From the IMG/VR virus record IMGVR_UViG_3300005544_000022, positions 7,140-71,139 of that record: DNA of 64,000 bases. One strand, 5' to 3'. Shown piece after piece: positions 54,083 through 62,718 of the stretch. The notes below the pieces were generated by a model. The model was not told the DNA's origin and did not search any database. It was given only the letters and a program-made list of their open reading frames with translations. Source of the DNA: a virus. Its lineage: Duplodnaviria > Caudoviricetes. Both the position numbers and the translations under genes were made by a program. How positions within the stretch are numbered: the stretch's first letter is position 1; each line of letters starts with the position of its first letter.

Positions 54083-54923
54083 GGCTAGAACCTTCAACTT
54101 CGAGCAAACCCCACAATCCTCCCATACGGTGCTACCGGCACCGCCAGCCGAGTTCATCCCTACCTGCAAGCTCGATGTGATAACGTCGTGCTCGGCTGAG
54201 GGCTGGACCCGCTATGGCCAAAAGTGCGTGCGCTCATTCATGGACTACTGGCCAGCCGGCATCAAGCTGCATTTGGTGAGCGAGGATAACCTTACCCAGC
54301 ACATTTCGGGGTACGATCCCAATCGCATAGTATTCCATTCGTTATACAGCTACGAACTGGCCGCCAAGTTCTACGAGCGTCACAAGGATAACAAGGCATC
54401 CAAGGGCTACAAGCGGCACACGTTCTACAACTTTCGTGAGGATGCCTATCGCTTCAGCAAGAAGGTATTCGCTATTCGCTTGGTGACGCTCAACATGATC
54501 GAGGGCCGGGTAATCTGGCTCGATGCCGATACGGTCACATCTAGCGCGATACCGTTGGAGTTGCTGTATCGCATGCCTCCCGATGATTATTGCCTCGCTT
54601 TTCTGGATCGGCCCCGCTACCATAGCGAGTGTGGCTTTGTCGGCTATAACCTCAATCATCAGGATACTAAAGACTTCATTGCCAAGTTCGCCCAGCTATA
54701 CGAGCTGGATAAAGTGTTCGACTTGCGCGAGTGGCATGATAGCTGGGTATTCGATTGGCTGCGTCACAAGATGCAGATTAGGGGCTACCCAATCTCACAC
54801 AACAATCTGAGCCACCCATTTGTCCATAGCGAACTAGGCAAGTATATGGACCACATGAAAGGCAATCGCAAGAACCTAGGTATGTCGGTTGAGCATCCAA
54901 AATACAAACGCAAGAAGGGTTAA
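54066..54923 (+). CDS. GT-A glycosyltransferase
   Basis: RFSKKVFA, IWLDADT (DxD), SECGFVGYN, EWHDSWVFD, YMDHMKG.RK. Confidence 0.75.
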   Translation: MKKQLRARTFNFEQTPQSSHTVLPAPPAEFIPTCKLDVITSCSAEGWTRYGQKCVRSFMDYWPAGIKLHLVSEDNLTQHISGYDPNRIVFHSLYSYELAAKFYERHKDNKASKGYKRHTFYNFREDAYRFSKKVFAIRLVTLNMIEGRVIWLDADTVTSSAIPLELLYRMPPDDYCLAFLDRPRYHSECGFVGYNLNHQDTKDFIAKFAQLYELDKVFDLREWHDSWVFDWLRHKMQIRGYPISHNNLSHPFVHSELGKYMDHMKGNRKNLGMSVEHPKYKRKKG

Positions 54924-54925
54924 GC

Positions 54926-55186
54926 ATGCTTCGCACCTGTATGGATTGTGAAGGCCCGCTGCATGCCGCCTTTAGCTTTGTGCTAGCTAGGGATGTTAAT
55001 GCTTACCTCAATGGCGAGCCTGTAGCAGTAATTCGCGAGAGATGCGATTGGTGTGCTGCTTGGGCAGCTAGCTATGGAGGATGTGATAACGGCCTTCCCT
55101 TCATGTGGGGGCTCGACGCCATGCAAGCGATAGCCGCTCGACGTAGGCAGCTCTGTGAACGACAAATGCAGCGCGCAGGTAAATAG
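54926..55186 (+). CDS. hypothetical protein
   Basis: CMDC...CDWC; packed ORF. Confidence 0.5.
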   Translation: MLRTCMDCEGPLHAAFSFVLARDVNAYLNGEPVAVIRERCDWCAAWAASYGGCDNGLPFMWGLDAMQAIAARRRQLCERQMQRAGK

Positions 55187-55189
55187 GAG

Positions 55190-55873
55190 TTGAATGTGAA
55201 ACAGCATCGGGGCATTTGGTTGCCAGATAACGATACGCACTTTGCCGAACACTTGGATGCGGGACCTGAGTACCAGGGTGCCGGCACCTATCAGTTTAAG
55301 AAGATTGAAATGGCGCTGGCTAGGGTTGAGCAATGGCGAGGTGCGGTTGACGTAGGCGCGCACGTTGGCCTATGGTCGCGCGTACTAGCCGACAAATTCG
55401 AAACCCTCTGGGCCTTCGAGCCGGTACCCGAGCACCAAGCCTGCTTCGTTAAGAACCTTACCGAGTACAAAGCAGGCAAGAACCCACGCATCGTGTTGCA
55501 TCCCGTTGCACTTGGTAGCGCTGCCGGCCACACGTTCATCGACCCTGTTCCTAATAACAGCGGCAATGCTTGCGTTACCGATCATCACCTAAAGGGAATT
55601 AAAGTTCAATTACGAACTTTGGACAGCTTCAGGCTGTTCGAAAAGCACGTCGACTTTATCAAGATAGACGTCGAGGGCTACGAGCTTGAAGTTATCAAAG
55701 GCGGCGAGGAAACGATCAGGAAGTGCCGGCCAGTGATGGTGATCGAGCAAAAGCCGGGACATGCTCAGCGTTACGGGTTTGGGGAGCGTGCCGCCGTCAA
55801 TGTTGTGCTGGCTTGGGGTGCTGAGCTGCTATGGCATCGCGCCGGCGACTACTGTCTGGGTTGGAAAAACTAA
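55190..55873 (+). CDS. FkbM-family methyltransferase
   Basis: VDVGAHVGLW, AFEPV, LDSF, FIKIDVEGYE..VIKG, IEQK. Confidence 0.9.
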   Translation: MNVKQHRGIWLPDNDTHFAEHLDAGPEYQGAGTYQFKKIEMALARVEQWRGAVDVGAHVGLWSRVLADKFETLWAFEPVPEHQACFVKNLTEYKAGKNPRIVLHPVALGSAAGHTFIDPVPNNSGNACVTDHHLKGIKVQLRTLDSFRLFEKHVDFIKIDVEGYELEVIKGGEETIRKCRPVMVIEQKPGHAQRYGFGERAAVNVVLAWGAELLWHRAGDYCLGWKN

Positions 55874-55885
55874 CGGAGAGCACTC

Positions 55886-56374
55886 ATGGCCACGCCTAAT
55901 ACACCGTCGAATGAGAATACACAGCCGAATGAGACGATTGGGTCAACGCCTGCCAAGCCACGTGGCAAACCGTTCAAGAAGCTCGACCCGCCGAAGCCGG
56001 CCAACAAGTACGAGTCTGTTCCTAATTGGTTTAGCAGAAACCTCGCACTGCTGGCCTGCCTCGTGCTACTGGCGCTGGTAGTCGATCTCAAGCAACGCAC
56101 CATGACCCGGTTGCATGAGGTGGAAGCCAGCCTAAGCCAACTGATTACGACCATGGACGACAATAACAAGTCGAGCCACATCACCGAGATGGTAGAGATA
56201 CGCTCGGCCCGCGATCAGATTTTGAAGGCTCGGCTCGATACCCCGCCACCGGCACCGGCGCCGCAGCAAAACAACGGCGCTATCGAAGATAAGATAAAGG
56301 TGCTGAGCGTTCAGGTCGAGGACTTGCGCAAGCGTCAAATCAGAACGACGAAACGATTGAGGCAAGGCGAATGA
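55886..56374 (+). CDS. membrane-anchored coiled-coil protein
   Basis: One hydrophobic helix followed by heptad-like segments. Confidence 0.6.
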   Translation: MATPNTPSNENTQPNETIGSTPAKPRGKPFKKLDPPKPANKYESVPNWFSRNLALLACLVLLALVVDLKQRTMTRLHEVEASLSQLITTMDDNNKSSHITEMVEIRSARDQILKARLDTPPPAPAPQQNNGAIEDKIKVLSVQVEDLRKRQIRTTKRLRQGE

Positions 56375-56577
56375 GGTCTTTACGAGAAGTACTGAGGGCA
56401 TGGCTGATGGTACCCCCAACGCCATGCCCGTACTGTACCAATCCTGATCGGCTAGTGACGCGCGCTTGCCGATATAATGCAGAACATCCACGATATGGCT
56501 CAGTTGGGGGCGACCCACCGTGCCTCTGTGATAACTGGGCGTGCTATTACCACAAGCGGTTGAACATCGGTAACTAA
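56371..56577 (+). CDS. small Cys-rich protein
   Basis: ATGA overlap; CPYC, C.CD...CYYH. Confidence 0.5.
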   Translation: MRSLREVLRAWLMVPPTPCPYCTNPDRLVTRACRYNAEHPRYGSVGGDPPCLCDNWACYYHKRLNIGN

Positions 56578-56603
56578 CAAGAAGCAACAAGTGAGGGCTA
56601 GCT

Positions 56604-57380
56604 ATGACGACGAAACCGCGCCACATCTGCCTAGGCTATGACTCTCGGGAACAAGCGGCGTACAGCGTTGCCCGCAACTCGACCGACAAGTTCAAGCCCG
56701 ACAACTTCGTCCATCCAATACATCCATTGGTACTGGGCGATCTGATCAAGCAAGGGCTGTATACCCGCCCAATCGAATATCGCAAGGTAGAAAAGGGCAG
56801 TGGTGTTCAACTGTACGATCCTATTTCTGAAGCCCCGATGTCGACCGAGTTCGCCATCAGCCGGTTTTTGACTATGGAAGTAGCTCGCAGACATCACATT
56901 AAGAAGTGGCTGGACGATGGTAATCTTGGCTGGGCCTTGTTCATGGATTGCGACGTGATGGTGCGTCACCCGCTCGGACAGCTTTTCAGAACTGTCGAGC
57001 TGCACCCTGACAAAGCCTTGTTCTGTGTGCATCACAAGCACGAGCCGCCAGTCGGACTGAAGATGGATGCTCAGGCTCAGGTGCGCTACGCTCGCAAGAA
57101 CTGGTCGAGCGTCATGCTGTTCAACCTCGATCATCCTGCCAATTGGACCTTGACGGTCGAGCTTATCAACAAGGTACCAGGACGAGATTTGCACAGGTTT
57201 TGCTGGCTCGATGACAAGTACATTGGCGAGTTGGATGTTAAGTGGAATTGGCTAGTTGGCCATTCTGACCCAACCATTAATCCTTCAATAGTCCACTTTA
57301 CCGAGGGTGGCCCGTGGTTTGCCGACTACTGCGATGTGCCCTACGCCGAGGAATGGCGGAATAATTTATTGTATGGTTAG
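56604..57380 (+). CDS. GT8-like GT-A glycosyltransferase
   Basis: LGYDSRE, STEFAISRF, LFMDCD (DxD), RKNWSSVMLFN, WNWLVG, HFTEGGPWF. Confidence 0.8.
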   Translation: MTTKPRHICLGYDSREQAAYSVARNSTDKFKPDNFVHPIHPLVLGDLIKQGLYTRPIEYRKVEKGSGVQLYDPISEAPMSTEFAISRFLTMEVARRHHIKKWLDDGNLGWALFMDCDVMVRHPLGQLFRTVELHPDKALFCVHHKHEPPVGLKMDAQAQVRYARKNWSSVMLFNLDHPANWTLTVELINKVPGRDLHRFCWLDDKYIGELDVKWNWLVGHSDPTINPSIVHFTEGGPWFADYCDVPYAEEWRNNLLYG

Positions 57381-57629
57381 CAAGGGCTTACGGGCGCTGG
57401 TCTAGCAAAAGGGCTTTTGCTAAGGTGGCTCGTTGAGGGTTAGTCGACCTACGGGGCAACCTACTCAATCTGTGAAACGCTTGTGATCCTCTTAACTGAG
57501 GGGGAGGAAGTTATGCCTTATCGTGCCTGTTTTCGTCTGTAATAAATCGTACCTTCGATTGTATGTACAAGGTACGGGGTTAAAAGCGCAAACGTCATCG
57601 CCTCAAACTAGACACGCAAGGGGTAAGTT

Positions 57630-59624
57630 ATGCAAGAGTTCGCATCAGCCAACGTCACAGCCATGCAGCAGTTGCCAACCATTCTTCAACAAGTAATTCA
57701 CAAAACACGATACGCTCGCTGGAATGACGAACTGGGCCGACGCGAGAATTGGTACGAGACGGTCGCCCGCTACTGCAACTTCTTTCAAAAGCACATCAAG
57801 AACAAGTTCGATTGCGACCTAGGCACGATACACAACCCCAGCACGCCCCTTGGGCAAGCCTTCCACGCCATCTACACCCTTCAAGCCATGCCAAGCATGC
57901 GCTGTTTCATGTCAGCCGGCCCAGCTCTCGAGGCCGAGGCATTCTTTGGTTTCAATTGTACCTATCGCGCCGTCAACGACGTGCGGGCCTTCGATGAGAT
58001 CCTCTACGTCCTTATGTGCGCATGCGGCGTAGGCTTTTCAGTAGAGCGGCAATTCGTTGGCCAATTGCCGATGATACCTAAGCGGCTCAAGCCGAGCACA
58101 GAGGTAATCGTCGTCGAAGACAGCCGCGAAGGCTGGGCCAAGGCATTCGCGCTACTGATCGAGCGGCTGTACCAGGGCAACATTCCTAGCTGGGATATCA
58201 GCAAGCTTCGCCCAGCCGGCGCTCGATTGAAGACTACCGGCGGGTATTCGAGTGGGCCTGATCCATTGGTCGAGCTATTCAAGTTCACCGTTCACACGTT
58301 CGAGCAAGCCAAGAGCCGCCGCCTCAACTCCCTCGAATGCCATGACATAGTATGCAAGATCGGTGATATTGTCGTCGTGGGCGGCGTGCGACGTGCAGCG
58401 CTAATCTCACTTAGCAACCCGAGCGACATGCGGTTGCGGCATGCCAAGATGGGCAATTGGGACCTCACTACCCCTTGGCGAGCCTTGGCCAATAACTCTG
58501 CCTGCTATACCGAGCGGCCGACGACTGGCGCCTTTATGGCCGAATGGCTTGCACTCTACGACAGCAAGTCGGGTGAGCGAGGCATCGTCAATCGCGAGGC
58601 ATTGGCTAACAAGTGTCGGAATATCGGCCGTCGCGTGCATTGGGATGACTTTGCCGATACCGAGGCTGAGGATACTATCGACTTCGGCGTGAACCCCTGC
58701 TCAGAAATCATTTTACGCTCGCAGCAAACCTGCAACCTGAGCGAAGGCATTGTACGCGCCAACGATACCGTGCAGTCTTTGGTATGGAAAGCGCAAATCG
58801 CATCCATGCTCGGTACGTGGCAAGCAACGTTGAGCGATTACGGCTATGTAGGCCCCGAGTGGCAAAAGAATGCTGAGGAGGAGCGGTTGCTGGGCGTAAG
58901 CCTTACCGGCATCATGGATAACCCAATCCTTTCGCATCGGCATCACCCGCACTTCGAGTCCACCCTTGTCGCCATGCGGGCAGCCGCCAGTAAGACCAAC
59001 CACGACTGGAGTAGCAAGCTCGGCATCAATCCTGCCGCTGCCGTTACCTGCGTCAAGCCGAGCGGCACCGTCAGTCAGCTTGTCGATAGCAGCAGCGGTA
59101 TCCACTCGCGCCATGCGCCCAAGTACATTCGCCGCGTCACGATGGATAACCATAACCCGATCTGCCAGTTCATGAAGGATTGTGGCCTGCCCAACGAGCC
59201 AAGCGCCTACAAGCCGCACGTGAACACGATATTCGCTTTTCCTGTACGGGCACCTAATGTCAACGACAAGCTATTCAACCGCTCGGCCATCGAGCAGTTG
59301 GAGCACTGGCATGCCATCAATAGTGTTTGGGCAGAGCATAGCGTAAGCTGCACGATCACAGCGGATGAGAACGAGTGGCCGCAAGTCGGGGGCTGGGTGT
59401 GGCAACACTTCGATGAGATTTCAGGTGTGAGCTTTCTGCCCAAGTCGAACTCGGTTTACCGGCAGATGCCTTACGAGGCTTGCGACGAGGCTACTCTTGG
59501 TAAGCTCGAAGCCCAAATGCCGGCAACCATTGACTGGGACCAGCTAAAGAGCTACGAAGCTGTAGACACGACCGAAAACAGCCAGCAGCTCGCCTGCACC
59601 GGCGACAAGTGTGAGATGGTCTGA
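57630..59624 (+). CDS. nrdJ: class II (adenosylcobalamin-dependent) monomeric ribonucleotide reductase
   Basis: YAR....RRENW.ETV.R, GFNC, GGVRR.A, GVNPCSE, TCVKPSGT, C-terminal CTGDKC. Confidence 0.93.
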   Translation: MQEFASANVTAMQQLPTILQQVIHKTRYARWNDELGRRENWYETVARYCNFFQKHIKNKFDCDLGTIHNPSTPLGQAFHAIYTLQAMPSMRCFMSAGPALEAEAFFGFNCTYRAVNDVRAFDEILYVLMCACGVGFSVERQFVGQLPMIPKRLKPSTEVIVVEDSREGWAKAFALLIERLYQGNIPSWDISKLRPAGARLKTTGGYSSGPDPLVELFKFTVHTFEQAKSRRLNSLECHDIVCKIGDIVVVGGVRRAALISLSNPSDMRLRHAKMGNWDLTTPWRALANNSACYTERPTTGAFMAEWLALYDSKSGERGIVNREALANKCRNIGRRVHWDDFADTEAEDTIDFGVNPCSEIILRSQQTCNLSEGIVRANDTVQSLVWKAQIASMLGTWQATLSDYGYVGPEWQKNAEEERLLGVSLTGIMDNPILSHRHHPHFESTLVAMRAAASKTNHDWSSKLGINPAAAVTCVKPSGTVSQLVDSSSGIHSRHAPKYIRRVTMDNHNPICQFMKDCGLPNEPSAYKPHVNTIFAFPVRAPNVNDKLFNRSAIEQLEHWHAINSVWAEHSVSCTITADENEWPQVGGWVWQHFDEISGVSFLPKSNSVYRQMPYEACDEATLGKLEAQMPATIDWDQLKSYEAVDTTENSQQLACTGDKCEMV

Positions 59625-60302
59625 ATGACGTGGGCATTGGTACTGGGCGGGGCTGCAAATGTGTTCGAGGATGCTGATCGTGCAATCAGCATCTTCGGGC
59701 AACCCGACTTGGTTGTCGGTGTCAAAGACATTTGGATCACCTACCCTACCATGCACCACGTCGTTACCTTTCACATCGACAGAATACCCTTTGAGCTCGA
59801 GAAGCGTCAGAAATTGGGCTACGCCAACCCGTTAGCATTTTGGACCTACAACGGCGTGCGTTGCCCTCGCATGCGCATTGAGATAAAAACCCTCAAGGTG
59901 CGTGGTGGCTCAAGCGGTTTGCTCGGCGCCCTAGTCGGCAAGACTGTAGCCGACAAGGCAATACTCGCCGGCATTCCGCTTGACCCCAACATGCCTCATT
60001 TCCACAGTCGGCGACGCAACAAGCCGTGGGCAGAGGCTAAGCACTACCGTCATCATTGGAGTAATTATATGAAAGACCTTAAAGGCAACGTCATGTCGAT
60101 GTCGGGCTACACCAAAGAACTACTAGGTGAACCAACGCCAGAGTGGATGAGTTATGGACACCGACCCTCCAGTGCCGTACACGATACCGCCCCAAGCAAA
60201 GCGGCCACGAGCGAAGCAGATCATCAAGGAAGTGCTGGCAAAGTACGATGTGCCAATATGGATGGTCTACAACAACCCCAAAATGCGGCCGCCCCTAGCT
60301 AA
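59625..60302 (+). CDS. Rossmann-like protein resembling DUF115/MAF or sialyltransferase-type folds
   Basis: ALVLGGA, GGSSGLLG, ILAGIPLD, SMSGYT.ELLG; weak resemblance only. Confidence 0.4.
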   Translation: MTWALVLGGAANVFEDADRAISIFGQPDLVVGVKDIWITYPTMHHVVTFHIDRIPFELEKRQKLGYANPLAFWTYNGVRCPRMRIEIKTLKVRGGSSGLLGALVGKTVADKAILAGIPLDPNMPHFHSRRRNKPWAEAKHYRHHWSNYMKDLKGNVMSMSGYTKELLGEPTPEWMSYGHRPSSAVHDTAPSKAATSEADHQGSAGKVRCANMDGLQQPQNAAAPS

Positions 60303-60555
60303 GCAGGCCGTGCAGGAAATTTGTGGTCGCCTGTTTGTAGAGCTCGGGTATAGTATGGCAGTGATTAGCCAATGCACTGCTTGTACCGACGCATCAACCA
60401 GAAGACAGGTTAGAGAATATGTCAACGCTCACGGCGATCCGCAAACTCACGCCCAGCCAGCACGACGACTTGAACAGGTTGCAGAAGCTGCACGCAAAGC
60501 AAGAAAGGCTACTGGCGCAGCACTTCCTCATGGCGATGGGCAAGCTAACGAATAA
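60154..60555 (+). CDS. DnaA domain IV-like helix-turn-helix protein
   Basis: QIIKEVLAKYDV...R...ELGYSMAVIS...DAST..QVR. Confidence 0.5.
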   Translation: MDTDPPVPYTIPPQAKRPRAKQIIKEVLAKYDVPIWMVYNNPKMRPPLAKQAVQEICGRLFVELGYSMAVISQCTACTDASTRRQVREYVNAHGDPQTHAQPARRLEQVAEAARKARKATGAALPHGDGQANE

Positions 60556-61396
60556 AACCAGCATCGACCAAATCGCCTATCTGCTACGAGCCGGCAATAT
60601 CGACGGCGTTACCCGTCTCGTCGATGACGCCATTGAGAAGTTCAGCAACGTACTCGGCGCTGTGTTGGCCTTGGCTGGTCACAATGAGGCGAGTGTTTGG
60701 GCTAGGAAGTTCCACAGGCTAGGCAAGTCGGCCGGCTTTTTGGATTTCACTGATCGCCGTGTTGCCACAACCATCGCCAGCAACAAGTTCAATTTCACCA
60801 CCAATCTCATGCGGCAGCAGCGCAACTTGGTGCGGCTCGCGCTAATTCAGGAGTTACGCGGCGATGCGACGTATGAGCAGATCGCCACCCGGTTCACGCA
60901 TATGGTCGGCTTGACAGATCAACAGTACAAATCTGTCGGTGTGTACCGGCGCGCACTGCAAGCCCAACGCATCGAAAACCAAACAGAAGCCAACCCCGTC
61001 GAAATCGTGAAGGTCGATGACAGCGTTGACGTGCTCTCGCCCTTCATGATTGACCGTATGGTCAATCAGTACGCACAAGCACAACGCAAAGCTCGTGCCG
61101 ATACCATCGCCGCGACCGATGGCTTGAAGCTGATAAACCAGGGCAGATACCTCGCTGTGAGCCAAGCAGCGGAGTCCGTCGGCGCCAACGGTACCAAGAC
61201 ATGGCTGCACACGACTTCGATAGAGCCTCGAGAAACTCACCTCGATACGGTGGGCACAACTATAGACATTGACGAGCCATTTGATGTCGGCGGGGTATCA
61301 ATGCTATACCCTGGAGACCAAAGCCTAGGCGCCGGGCCAGAGGACGTGATAAACTGCAAGTGTGGAGTATCTTACGACTTGCAACCAGGAGACTGA
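60419..61396 (+). CDS. phage head morphogenesis protein (SPP1 gp7 / Mu F family)
   Basis: RADTIA.TD, KTW....PRETH, DEPF.VGG..MLYPGD...GP.DVINCKC. Confidence 0.85.
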   Translation: MSTLTAIRKLTPSQHDDLNRLQKLHAKQERLLAQHFLMAMGKLTNKTSIDQIAYLLRAGNIDGVTRLVDDAIEKFSNVLGAVLALAGHNEASVWARKFHRLGKSAGFLDFTDRRVATTIASNKFNFTTNLMRQQRNLVRLALIQELRGDATYEQIATRFTHMVGLTDQQYKSVGVYRRALQAQRIENQTEANPVEIVKVDDSVDVLSPFMIDRMVNQYAQAQRKARADTIAATDGLKLINQGRYLAVSQAAESVGANGTKTWLHTTSIEPRETHLDTVGTTIDIDEPFDVGGVSMLYPGDQSLGAGPEDVINCKCGVSYDLQPGD

Positions 61397-61398
61397 CA

Positions 61399-61611
61399 AT
61401 GCCGCAGAGGCATCTTTTCAAGAAGGTAGACAACAAAGCTGTTGGCATGCTTGTTCTGTGCCTAGCTGTAACGATTATGACCTTCTTCATTACGGTTGCG
61501 ATGATTAGCTCAAGCATTTTCACAATACGCAAAGAGTTAGTGACTATTCAACATCGCCTATCTGAACTTGAGAAGTTCAACATCGAGCATCGCCTACTGG
61601 AAAAGAGATGA
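61399..61611 (+). CDS. small membrane protein
   Basis: RBS aggag; hydrophobic helix. Confidence 0.5.
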   Translation: MPQRHLFKKVDNKAVGMLVLCLAVTIMTFFITVAMISSSIFTIRKELVTIQHRLSELEKFNIEHRLLEKR

Positions 61612-61636
61612 CACACCAATTGGGGGACTACCGACC

Positions 61637-62635
61637 ATGACAAGCTGGTGGAGGCTTTATGCTGAAAGTCGCGGGATCACAATGTCACCCGGAAGCAGCT
61701 GGGCAAAAATATGCGCTCAGTACTACGAGGCAGATATCGGCAGCTCGCACGCGAAACGGCTCGCTCTATTGGTTGATGCGGCTGGCTCACCGGGTCTACC
61801 TGTCCCTCCTGATACTGGGGTTAGTGCTGGCATCCTTGGCTATGGCTGGGCTCGTAGGCTGGCTGATAGCGACCTAGACGCGCTGCAATCCTCAGGCGCG
61901 CGGGCGATGTATGTTGCTGGCGCTCGCGCCCCGATGGACTCGGGTTATCAAGAGGAGGATGAAGCGCCTGCTGCCGATGGCAATGATGCCTACACCACTT
62001 CTCTACTGCACTTTGACGGCAGCGATGCCAGCACGACGTTCACAGATAGCAATATCGGCGGCAGTGCCCACATCTGGACAGCCAACGGTAATGCGCAGCT
62101 CAGTACTGCTCTGAAGAAATTCGGCACCGCCAGCCTGTTGCTCGATGGTACGGGCGACTCCATTCAAACCGACGGTCATGCCGACTTTTCATTGGCAGCA
62201 GATTGGACCATTGACTTCTGGTTCAACCGGGCAGGCGGCGATGGCACCAACCGAGGGCTTGCCCATTTTGACAATGCCTCTGAAAGCGCGCCCGGTTGGA
62301 GAATTTCCCTCAACACAGCGAACAAAGTCACCGCCGGTGCTTTCTTCGTAGGTGGCAACACGCAGATGGCCAGCACAAGCACGTTTACGGCGGCGGGCTG
62401 GAACCATGTGGCCGCGGTTCGCACGGGCAATACCATGAAGCTATTCATCAATGGCACCATGGAGGCCTCAGATACTCTCAACAATGCATTGCGCGATACT
62501 GGTACCAAGCTGTGGCTCGGTCAGTACGGAGCCGATAGGTTCTACTTCAATGGTTCGATCGACGAGTTCCGGGTCAGCAAGGGCATCGCCCGTTGGACAG
62601 CCGACTTCACGCCGTACAGCGTCGCCTATAGCTGA
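61637..62635 (+). CDS. LamG/concanavalin A-like lectin domain protein (probable virion protein)
   Basis: LLHFDG..ASTTFTD, KFGTASL.LDG.GD, WTIDFWF, WNHVAAVR.G....LFING, IDEFRVSKGIARW. Confidence 0.85.
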   Translation: MTSWWRLYAESRGITMSPGSSWAKICAQYYEADIGSSHAKRLALLVDAAGSPGLPVPPDTGVSAGILGYGWARRLADSDLDALQSSGARAMYVAGARAPMDSGYQEEDEAPAADGNDAYTTSLLHFDGSDASTTFTDSNIGGSAHIWTANGNAQLSTALKKFGTASLLLDGTGDSIQTDGHADFSLAADWTIDFWFNRAGGDGTNRGLAHFDNASESAPGWRISLNTANKVTAGAFFVGGNTQMASTSTFTAAGWNHVAAVRTGNTMKLFINGTMEASDTLNNALRDTGTKLWLGQYGADRFYFNGSIDEFRVSKGIARWTADFTPYSVAYS

Positions 62636-62718
62636 TAATGGGGCTGGCAGGCCAAATTTGGCTATGCTATACAGTCTGCGCGCTTAGTTATAGGGAACCA
62701 ACCTAAGGGGTTAATAGC

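Noticed and set aside
57381-57629. Possible cobalamin riboswitch upstream of nrdJ
   Set aside because: Hairpins exist (57403-57422, 57548-57576), but no B12-box consensus was recognised
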